DNA of 64,000 bases, from NCBI RefSeq assembly GCF_963921235.1, contig NC_086097.1, positions 207,020,001 through 207,084,000 of the forward strand. The letters are read 5' to 3'. This DNA comes from Mobula hypostoma. Lineage: Eukaryota. The notes under the pieces were generated by a model. It searched no databases. It worked only from the letters and a program-made list of their open reading frames with translations, and was not told the origin of the DNA. A program made the translations under genes and the position numbers. Positions 1-8,977 of the stretch are shown piece after piece (the stretch's first letter is position 1; every line of letters starts with the position of its first letter).

Positions 1-475
1 TGGAAGTTGGTTGCTCAATTATAAACTCTCTATATCACATTGTTAACTGTTTACTTGTACTTTCCTATGTTTTGGCTCTGTTTATATCATGTGGTGCAGT
101 GAGCCATAGAGAAACTAACCCATAAATTCTTCATAATACAATAATACCATAATACAACCCATAATACAAGGACTAAACAATTTTGGAGCAAGTGTAGCAA
201 CTTTTCACAGAGACATTAAATACTACCGCTTGCTAGTTTGATTTATCTGTTAAATGTAGTACTTGGCATCAGAAGGCTTGTTGTCCAGCATTATCCAAAA
301 TCCATTCCTGAGTTACTTCAGTACAGTAACAGCACTGGAATTTTGGCGGCTGCCTAAAGAAGTGAAAACTTTTCACTGCCTGGCTTCTCATACAATACCT
401 GTCTTATCCTGCCGATTACATCTCTATTAATATAGTGTCTTAAAACACTAGTAATTGTATAAGAGGAATCATTGA

Positions 476-641
476 ATATGCTGGCTAAACTCAACAGGAC
501 AGGCTGCTTCTACGGACAGGAATAAGCAGTTGACGTTTTGAGTCGAGACCCTTCATCAGATGCTGCCTGACCTGCTGAACTCCTCTAGTATTTTGTGTGT
601 GTTATTCTGGATTTCCAGCATCTGCAGAGTCTCTTATATTT
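476..641. mobile_element. Miniature inverted-repeat remnant of a Penelope-like terminal repeat with a degenerate hammerhead
   Basis: Arm GCTGGCTAAACTCAACAGGACAGGCTGCTTCTA is an imperfect inverted copy of AGATGCTGCCTGACCTGCTGAACTCCTCTAGTA. The minus strand at 527-559 reads CTGATGA-AGGGTCTCGACTC-AAAA-C-GTC. It ends in the PLE terminus TTCCAGCATCTGCAGA. Possible ATTGA duplication at 471-475 and 642-646. Confidence 0.7.
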
Positions 642-1726
642 ATTGAGAGCACTGTTAAATAACATCACCTAACAATAGCTAGCTCACTCATGCTCAACTT
701 GGATCATACCAGGAAAACTTGGTCCCAGACATCATTGTTTTCTGGAAATAATAACAAGGATTACAGAGATGAGATATGCATGCTGCCCAACGTATCAATG
801 CAGCATTTGATTGAGCATGCTATCAGTGAGTTCTAATGAAGTGTTTTCAAATGAGACACAGTATCTGTCCAAAACAGAGTCTCAGTCCAGCAGGCAGCTG
901 CGGCAGGACTTACACAGTATAAATGGTTACAAAATGAAGCTAGGCAACCATTGCTGACAGCAGCTATTCATTCCCAAAGAGTATAACACATTCTATGCAT
1001 GGTTTCCTTCCTGGGTTACGTTCTTTCAACCCAAGGGATAACTATGGACGCAGAGAAGCCATTGTTCAATTGCCCCAACCGCACTCCCTCACTCAAATAG
1101 CGACAGCACTTCTTGGGCTTCTCCAACTTCTATCACGGTTCATCAGAAACTACAGCCAAATCGCTGCTCCTCACATCTCCATCACCAAGTCACCTACTTC
1201 ATGGATAAGCTGATCTGCTGCAGTGGGCCACACGTTTGAGGAGCTTAAGAATCTCTCACCAATGCTACCATTCTCTGCCATCCAAACCCTTCTGGACCTT
1301 TTGTGATAGAGATGGACACAGCTGAAGCAGGCGCCAGGGTCATCCTTTCTCAGCGAGGACCAGATGGGAAGACACACACTTGTGCCTTCTTCTCACACAA
1401 GTTCAAATCTACACAACATCATTATGGAGTAGGAGACAAGGAGCTACTTGCCATAAACTGGGCCTTGGAGAAAAGGAGACATTGGCTGATGGGAAACACC
1501 ACACACTTCCTGATCTGGACTGAACTCCAGAACATCATACCTATTCAACAGACTTGTCAACTCAACCCACATCAGGCTCTCTGGACCCTATTCTTCAAGC
1601 AATTTAATTTCACCATCTTCTACTGACATGTCTCCAGGAACACTAAGGTGGACACTCTGTTCCAACAGTTCAACCTAACTGAAATGGAGATCGACCCTCA
1701 GCCCATCCCTCTATCCTTCCAGAATA

Positions 1727-2410
1727 GGGGAGAAGAAGATGGCAGCGTGACGCAGCGCACGCGACTGCTCCGAAATGATATCAGTATTTGTTAAGTAGAT
1801 ACCTTGCACAATCCTGATTTGATGGAGACAGACATGAGAAGCACAGAGGAACATCTGGAGAAACTTCTGAAATGCCTGCTTTGCTGCCGCTGCTACTGTG
1901 CGATCAAGAATCTCTGGAGGGGAAGGCCTCAAATCCTTGGCTTTGCCTATTGCCTGTTGCTGGGGCCAGGGTCAAAGTGCTTGGCAGAGATGGTGCTCGG
2001 TGCTTGGTGTCGAAGGGCTGGTTGAAGGCTCGGAGTTTTCGGACGGACTCAAGAGTCGGCTGTGGTCAGGTGCTTCCAGGGTGCTGCATTGGCAAGTTTG
2101 TGGCGCTGAAGGTTCGTGGCAGGGAGAGTTTTTCTTCCTTCTACCATCTGCGTGAGATGATGGGACTTTCGAGAGACTTTGAGACTTTTTTTTACTATGC
2201 CTATGGTCTGTTCTTTATCAGATTACGGTATTGCTTTGCACTGTTGTAACTATATGTTATAATTATGGGTTTTTGTCAGTTTTTTTAGTCTTGGTTTGTC
2301 TTGTGTTTCTGTGATATCATACTGGAGGAACATTGTATCATTTCTTAATGCATGCATTACTAAATGACAATAAAAGAGGACTGCGTGTCCTCATAATCTA
2401 AATCTAAATC
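1727..2410 (+). mobile_element. ~680-bp non-autonomous retroposon, copy 1 (LINE-like head, (AATCT)n-type tail)
   Basis: A near-identical inverted copy lies at 22229-22905. Starts GGGGAGAAGAAGATGGC and ends AATAAAAGAGGACTGCGTGTCCTCATAATCTAAATCTAAATC. It interrupts the Gypsy pol sequence. Confidence 0.85.
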
Positions 2411-2723
2411 TTTGCCCCTTTTGCCTGGGACCTTGAGAACCAGATTCGCCAGGCCCCAGAGCATGACCCATATGTACATGCCAGTGACCATGAACTCTGA
2501 AGCACCCCAGTGGGCCCACTCCTCACCATCTCCGGCCATCCAGGCTCATAACAGACTTTTGATTTTCTGTGATGTTGGATCTGGTGACCCACCACGATCA
2601 CAGATGTAAATCAGTTCATTGCTGCCTGTCCTCAATGTCCTCAGTCCAATTCCTCCAACCAGCTACCTTTTGGGTTTGGCTGCCCCTGTTGGTCCCTCAA
2701 CGCCTGTGGTTTCATCACGGTTT

Positions 2724-2848
2724 ACCACCTTCCAATGAGGGTACCCTGACCACCTTCCAATGAGGGTACGCTGACCACCTTCCAATGAGGGTACGCTGAT
2801 CACCTTCCAATGAGAGTACCCTGACCACCTTCCGATGAGGGTACACTG
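2724..2848 (+). repeat. Minisatellite, 5 x 25 bp (ACCACCTTCCAATGAGGGTACCCTG)
   Basis: Five tandem units with 0-2 substitutions each, inside the Gypsy integrase remnant. Confidence 0.95.
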
Positions 2849-3347
2849 ATCATGACAGTGGTAGACCGGGTCTCCAAGGTGGAGACTTCATTGATCTCCC
2901 CAAATTCACCTCCCACTTCTGACGAGCTTTCTGCTCCCCCTCTGTACCTCAGTGAGTTTGTCCTCTGGCTATCATCCACAAACCAATGGACAGTCAGAAA
3001 GAACTAATCAGTAAGTGGAGAATTTTCAGCGATAAATCACCGCATCTAGCCTTTCCACATGGAAAAAGTATCTGCTCATGGCCAGGCTGTCCCACAAACT
3101 ACACACCTCCTCTGCCACAGGTATATCACCCTTTGAAGTGTTTCAACACTACCAATCCCCATTGATTCCCCTGTAGGAGCCGACAGTGGAGGCCCCTTCT
3201 GCCAGGGCCAAAATGTATTGGTCTCTATGTATTCTAATTAACCAGAATCTACTGCAGTTATCAACAGAGGAATTCATCCAGTGTATACTGCCATGTTCTT
3301 TTGATTGGCTGTAAATAAACAAAGTCAGCGCAGACACTTAGTGTGGA

Positions 3348-3865
3348 TAATGGATTGTCTGGTTAATTGGGCCATTAGAACAGTCTTTGATTACTGCATC
3401 CTCCAAATCTTCATTTTCATTGTAACATTCAAGATGACTGTAGATAGCTTCAAATTCTTCATTGTTTCTAACTTGTTGAGGTAGGACAATTGTTTCATTT
3501 TCACTTCTGGCCATTTCAGACATCTCCAAGACTAAATGAATGAAGCCACCATGAGCAAGAGTTCTGAAAAGTCTCATTTCTCAACAACTATCATTGATAA
3601 AAATCACTGCTTCTTGAACATGAGCACATACAGCTGACACTATTTCAAAACCTTTCGCTCTGAGCATGGTGTAGTTTATAATGGCCACACAACTGCATGC
3701 GACTAATGCTAGTTTGAAACTGTTCAGCAACAGTCTCCTGTCCCAATTAAGTGGCAGAGTGTTCCAAATAAAGAGAATCCAGCTATTTTCTCAATATGTT
3801 TTTGCTCTTTAAGCGTTGTCCCAAATGAGCAGCTGTCTGGTTGGCCCAATTAACCAGAATCCGTA
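3348..3865 (-). mobile_element. Probable Tigger/pogo-like non-autonomous DNA transposon
   Basis: Inverted termini GGATT(GT)CTGGTTAATTGGGCC (3352-3373) and GGCCCAATTAACCAGAATCC (3843-3862) next to TA. An extra terminal copy lies near 3234-3254. Acidic ORF remnant on the minus strand. Confidence 0.5.
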
Positions 3866-4630
3866 TAAAAGTATAAGATGTATCAATAGGGTAGACAATC
3901 AGCACCAGTTCCTCAGATTAGAAATGTGAATTACCAGATGAAATATATTTCAGGTACTAGTGTGGAGGAGGGGGTGTTGTCTAAAGAGATGAGCTGAATA
4001 AGTATTTTTAAACAGAGAGTGGGACAGGTTGCAAGGGGTAGTGGTGGAACAGGAACCAGGTATGATAATGGCTTTTAAGAGGCTGTTAGATAGACACATC
4101 CTTCAAAAGGACCATAACCTTATCATCGTTTGGAGGCTTTTGTGCCTCAATGACCAATGACCATGTTGGTTGGTCTCAGAGCTTTATGCTTTGGCTCTTG
4201 GTAGGGTCATCCATACCAAACAGGTAAGAGTAGTGGCCAGCCTAAGTGTGGTCCTCCAGCCTTCCAGATTATGGGGTTCAGCTCAGAGCTAACAACCCCG
4301 ACTGGTAGAACAAAGTTGTTAAGGAAATGGCAATGAAGAATCCTTCTACACCTTTGTGCGACAGTATTCCACCATGGACTCGCATGACTGACAGTAGTGA
4401 AAACCGAGAGGAAGCTACTGAGACAATGAACTCTGACCACTGCCAGAGAAGGAGGACCTTCATTGATGGTCTAAACACCAGCAGCGTAATAGGCAATAAA
4501 TAGGAAAGTAAGTGAGACATCTGAATGTAAAAGGATGCAGGGACATGGAGCATGTGTAGGCAGAACTAGGCATTGTATTTGATGCAGAAAATATGTGCTG
4601 AAGGGCTTGTTCCTGTGTTGTCCTGTTCTG
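3866..4630 (+). mobile_element. Old CR1 3' end, interrupted at 4101-4516
   Basis: Degenerate CR1 3' sequence (GGGTAGACAATCAGCACC..., TTTAAGAGGCTGTTAGATAGACACAT, GAAGGGCTTGTTCCTGTGTTGT) resembling younger CR1 ends in the window. Confidence 0.7.
4101..4516 (+). mobile_element. RTE-derived bipartite non-autonomous element (5' UTR joined to 3' end)
   Basis: RTE-type 5' UTR motifs (TGCCTCAATGA, TGGTAGGGTCATCCATACCAAACAGG, GCTAACAACCCC), a short 3' end with a TAAG-like tail, and an ACATC duplication at 4096-4100 and 4517-4521. Family assignment is from memory of RTE UTRs. Confidence 0.55.
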
Positions 4631-4668
4631 GATAACCTATATACTTTTTTTTCTGCAACAGCAATCTT

Positions 4669-5200
4669 ACTTGGAGTACTGCACTCAATTCTGGTCACCT
4701 CACTACAGGAAGGACGTGGAAACCGAAGAAAGGGTGCAGAGGAGATCTACAAGGATGTTGCCTGGATTGGGGAGCATGCCTTATGAAAACAGGTTGAGTG
4801 AACTCGGCCTTTTCTTCTTGGAGCGACGGAGGATGAGAGGTGACCTGATACAAGATAATGAGAGGCATTGATCGTTTGCACAGTCAGAGGCTTTTCCCAG
4901 GGCTGAAATGGCTGGCACGAGAGGGCACAGTTTTAAGGTGCTTGGAAGTAGATACAGAGGAGATGTCAGGGGTAAGTTTTTATGCAGAGAGTGGTGAGTG
5001 CATGGAATGGGCTGACAGCAGTGGTGGTGAAGGGGGAAATGATAGGGTCTTTTTAGAGACTCCTGGATGGATACATGGAGCTTAGTAAATAGAGGGCTAT
5101 GGGTAACCCTAGGTAATTCTAAGGTAAGAACATGTTCGGCACAGCTTTGTGGGCCGAAGGGCCTGTATTGTGCTGTAGGTTTTCTATGTTTATATGTTTC
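4669..5200 (+). mobile_element. 5'-truncated CR1 LINE
   Basis: ORF2 C-terminus [31 protein letters not shown] and a (TTTCTATG)n tail. Confidence 0.95.
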
Positions 5201-5611
5201 TTCTTAGTGATGGAGCTGGTCCATGGAGGCATATGCTTAATTCCTGTAATTTCTTAAAGGAAATTTGTTCCATAGACAAGTGATTCTGCATACAGAATTC
5301 ATACATTTTCAATAACTATGAGAGGAAGCAGGAGAATTTTATGAATGTTGTGAATTCAGAGAGGTTAGTAGAAGCAGATGATGTGTGTCTTTCTAAAGTG
5401 AAATTAATACATACTTGAAAAGGTAAAAATGTGGACTGAGACATACTGGACAGCTGTTAAGGAGATTACACAGGTATAGTACTCAGACTCGTAATTCATA
5501 CAATCCATAACATGCAGAGACTCTCGGTCACAGAAAATGGAGGAGTCCAGTCATCTACCTGGCCAGTGAGATAGCTTGATGGTTTGGTAGATAATCATCA
5601 AAATCTTATGG

Positions 5612-5782
5612 GTAACACGCATAAAATGTGGAAGTCAGGCATTAATGGAGGGGATGATGAGCTTCGGCCTGAACTATTGACTGTTTATTTCTCTCCATAG
5701 ATGCTGCTTGGCTTGCTGAGTTCCTGCAGCATTTGTATGTGCTGCTCAAGATTTACAGCATCTGCAGAGCTGCTTATGTTTA
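5612..5782 (+). mobile_element. Old Penelope-like terminal-repeat remnant
   Basis: GATGATGAGCTTCGGCCTGAAC..TTGACTG followed by ATAGATGCTGCTTGGCTTGCTGAGTTCC and CAGCATCTGCAGA. Confidence 0.6.
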
Positions 5783-6213
5783 AAGTCATCTGAGTGCAAT
5801 GTTTAGTGTGACATGGTCTCTGGGGATCAATAAATTAATCTAGGCCTTTTATTGTTTGACACTGAAATGCAAATCTTGAATTGTATCACAATATTTCTGC
5901 AAAGACTTCAAGAATAAGAAACCTGTTGGCATTTTCCCTTCTTTCAGCTGAGACTTTGGAACACTGCAGACTGTATTGGATTGAACAAATAGATTTCACA
6001 ACATATGTCATTGATATTAATCCTGATTCAGATTCAGAATAGTCTATCAGTATATATGTGATTGACTTGTATTTGAAGAACAAAGAACCAGCAGTAAAAC
6101 CCAATGTAACAGGTATAAGTAAGGATTAATAAATAAAAACGGTTTAGTCTTAAGTTTCACACACAAAAAGCTGGTGAACGCAGCAGGCCAGACAACATCC
6201 ATAGGAAGAAGCA

Positions 6214-6251
6214 CAGTCGACGTTTCGGGCCAAGACCCTTCGTCAGGACTA
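6214..6251 (-). ncRNA. Minimal type-I hammerhead ribozyme, core intact
   Basis: Minus strand UAGUC-CUGACGA-A-GGGUCUUGGCCC-GAAA-C-GUC^GACUG. Stem I is UAGUC/GACUG, stem II is a GGG/CCC hairpin, both core boxes are present, the triplet is GUC, and palindromic ACGU replaces stem III. Confidence 0.8.
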
Positions 6252-7091
6252 ACTGAAAGAAGAGATAGTATGATTTAAAAGTGGGAGGGGGAGGGGGAGA
6301 TCCAAAATGATAGGAGAAGACAGGAAGGGGAGGGATAGAGCTAAGGACTGGAAAGTTGATTGGCAAAAGGGATACAAGACTGGAGAAGGGAAAGGATCAT
6401 AGGACAGGAGGCCTAGGGAGAAGGAAGGGGGAGGGGAGCACCAGAGGAAGATGGAGAGCAGGCAAGGAGTTATTGTGGGAGGGACAGAGAAAGAAAAGAG
6501 AGAGGGAGAGAGAAAAAGGGGAAAATAAACAAATAAACAAATAAAGGATAGGGTAAGAAGGGGAGGAGGGGAATTACTGGAAGTTAGAGAAGTCAATGTT
6601 CACGCCATCAGGTTGGAGGCTACCCAGATGGAATATAAGGTGTTGTTCCTCCAACCTGAGTGTGGCTTCATCTTGATAGTAGAGGAGGCCATGGATAGAC
6701 ATATCAGAACGGGAATAGGACGTGGAATTAAAATGTGTGGCCACTGGGAGATCCTGCTTTCTCTGCCCCTCCTCCCCTTCTTACCCCATCCCTTATTTAT
6801 GTATTTATTTGTTTGTTTATTTATTATTTTTTCCTTTTTTTCTCTCTCTCTTTTTTCTCTCTGTCCCTCTCACAATAACTCCTTGCCTTCTCTCCATCTT
6901 CCTCTGGTGCTCCCCTGCCCCTTTCTTTCTCCCTAGGCCTCCCGTCCCATGATCCTCTCCCTTCTCCAGCCTTGTATCCCTTTTGCCAATCAACTTTCCA
7001 GCTCTTAGCTCCATCCCTCCCCTTCTCCTGTCATTTTGGATCTACCCCTCCCCCTCCCACTTTCAAATCTCTTACTATCTCTTCTTTCAGT

Positions 7092-7129
7092 TACTCCTGA
7101 CAAAGGGTCTCGGCCCGAAACGTCGACTG
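7092..7129 (+). ncRNA. Minimal hammerhead, degenerate (CUGACAA)
   Basis: TACTC-CTGACAA-A-GGGTCTCGGCCC-GAAA-C-GTC-GACTG, with one core change at a CpG and one stem I mismatch. Confidence 0.65.
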
Positions 7130-7735
7130 TACTTCTTCCTATACATGCTGCCTGGCCTGCTGCATTCCACCAGTATTCTGTGTGTGTTGCCTGAATCATT
7201 GTGTTCAGGTTTTCACCCGTACAACTGATAAAAGCGAAGCTCACGCAAAGTTCATGGGTTGAGTAAAGAAAATTTGCGGAACTCATGAATTCTAACGAGA
7301 GGAAGTCAAGTCTTTATCTGCACACCCCGCCCCCACTGATTACACAAAGTAGTAAGGACTGGATTTGCCACACTTTAACCTGAGACAGATGGTAATCATG
7401 CAAGAAATGAGCTCATGGAGGAACTCAGTGGATCTGGCAGCGTCTGTGGAGGAAAATAGACAGTCAACGTTTCAGGTGAAAGCCCTTCATCTGCACTGAA
7501 GGAAGAAAACTTCTTCAAAGTGTGCATGCCTTGAGATTTAACGGTGGTGTAATGAAAGGAACTGCGGATGTAGGAATCTGGAATCCAAATGAAGGGTCTG
7601 TCCCCAAACCGTCAACAATACAGTTTTGCTCACTCTTAAACAAAACTGGGCTCAGGTGGAGAGACTTGGTTTCTCTAACACTGAAAGGGTTCAACTGCTA
7701 ACTGAATAGGCAATATATTCATCTGGCATTATATC

Positions 7736-7937
7736 AGGAAATTATAGACCAGTTAGCCTGACCTCAGTGATTGGGAAGATGTTAGAGTCAATTGTTAAGG
7801 ATGAGGTGATGGAGTACTTGGTGACAAAGGACAAGATAGTACAAAATCAGCATGGTTTCCTTCAGGGAAAATCCTGCCTGATGAACCTGTTGGAATTCTT
7901 TGAGGACATTACAAGCAGGATAGATAAAGGGGATGCT
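7736..7937 (+). mobile_element. Internal CR1 ORF2 fragment inside the PLE composite
   Basis: [20 protein letters not shown]...QHGFLQGKSCLMNLLEFFEDITSRIDKGDA; the CR1 sequence does not resume after the PLE. Confidence 0.9.
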
Positions 7938-8433
7938 GCTTTCCGTAAGTATCACTCCCTACGCGACTCCCTTGTCCATTCATCCCCCCCCATCCCTTCC
8001 CACCGATCTCCCTCCTGGCACTTACCCTTGTAAGCGGAACAAGTGCTACGCATGCCCTTACACTTCCTCCCTCACCACCAGTCAAGGCCCCGGACAGTCC
8101 TTCCAGGTGAGGCGACACTTCACCTGTGAGTCGGCTGGGGTGATATACTGTGTCGGTGCTCCCGGTGCAGCCTTCTATATATTGGCGAGACCCGACGCAG
8201 ACTGGGAGACCGTTTCGCTGAACATCTATGCTCTGTCCACCAGAGAAAGCAGGATCTCCCAGTGGCCACACATTTTAATTCCACGTCCCGTTCCCATTCT
8301 GATAATGCTGAGATTTGACCTCCTCTACTATCAAGATGAAGCCACACTCAGGTTGGAGGAACAACACCTTATATTCCATCTGGGTAGCCTCCAAACTGAT
8401 GGTATGAACATTGACTTCTCTAACTTCCGTTAA
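7938..8433 (+). pseudogene. PLE linker plus GIY-YIG endonuclease, frameshifted (probably Neptune group)
   Basis: CKRNKCYAC (C-x4-C-x2-C linker), FTCESAGVIYC, LLYIGET-type motif, and LEEQHLIF..MNIDFSNFR*. Confidence 0.9.
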
Positions 8434-8760
8434 TGCCCCTCCTCCCGTTCTTACGCCATCCCTTATTTATTTATCTATTTGTTTGTTTGTTTGTTATTAA
8501 TTTTTCCCTTTTTTCTCTCTCTGTCCCTCTCACAATAACTCCTTGCCTGCTCTCCATCTTCCACTGGCACTCCCCTCCCCCTTTCTTTCTCCCTAGGCCT
8601 CCCGTCCCATGATCTTCTCACTTCTTCAGCCTTGTAGCCCTTTTGCCAATCAACTTTCCAGCTCTTAGCTTCATCCCTCCCCCTCCCCGTCTTCTCCTGT
8701 CATTTCAGATCTTCCCCTCCCCCTCCCACTTTCAAATCTCTTACTATCTCTTCTTTCAGT

Positions 8761-8798
8761 TAGTCCTGACGAAGTGTCACAGCCTGAAATGTTGACTG
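8761..8798 (+). ncRNA. Minimal hammerhead, degenerate stems
   Basis: TAGTC-CTGACGA-A-GTGTCACAGCCT-GAAA-T-GTT-GACTG. Core boxes are retained; stem II and the palindrome are eroded. Confidence 0.6.
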
Positions 8799-8977
8799 TG
8801 CTTCTCCCTATGCATGCTATCTGGCCTGCTGTGTTCCACCAGTATTTTGTGTGTGTTGCTTGAATTTCCAGCATCTGCAGATTTCCTCCTGTCTACTCTT
8901 AAGTTTCCCAGTTACTTAATTTTACCCAAGGTGCCAAGGAGAGCGGGAAAAGTTTAAAAAGAAGACCACCACATCCA

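Larger units (their letters stand above)
1000..3210 (+). mobile_element. Degenerate Ty3/Gypsy pol (RT end, RNase H, integrase), interrupted at 1727-2410
   Basis: Translated motifs: RFIRNYSQIAAP; VILSQR..CAFFSHKF...YGVGDKELLAINWALE..RHWL (RNase H); [37 protein letters not shown] (integrase). Many frameshifts. Confidence 0.9.
6159..8896. mobile_element. Composite Penelope-like insertion: inverted arm 6159-6765 (-), direct terminal repeat 6766-7196 (+), cargo 7197-7937, GIY-YIG plus terminal repeat 7938-8896 (+)
   Basis: TCTTAAGTTTC at 6148-6158 and 8897-8907. ~430-bp direct repeats (6764-7196 vs 8434-8864) and an inverted copy at ~6159-6575. GIY-YIG C-terminal motifs (LRLEEQHLIF.LGSLQ.DGMNIDF). 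Confidence 0.8.

Noticed and set aside
1872..2249. 125-aa ORF apparently conserved with 22383-22760
   Set aside because: Both lie in recent copies of one repeat, several overlapping frames are equally open, and no domain is recognisable.
2724..2848. CRISPR-like array
   Set aside because: Units are contiguous with no unique spacers, the context is eukaryotic, and there are no cas genes.
4230..4310. Twister ribozyme in the RTE-like 5' UTR
   Set aside because: The twister core (GUCCCAAGCCC-type loop and its pseudoknot partners) was not found.
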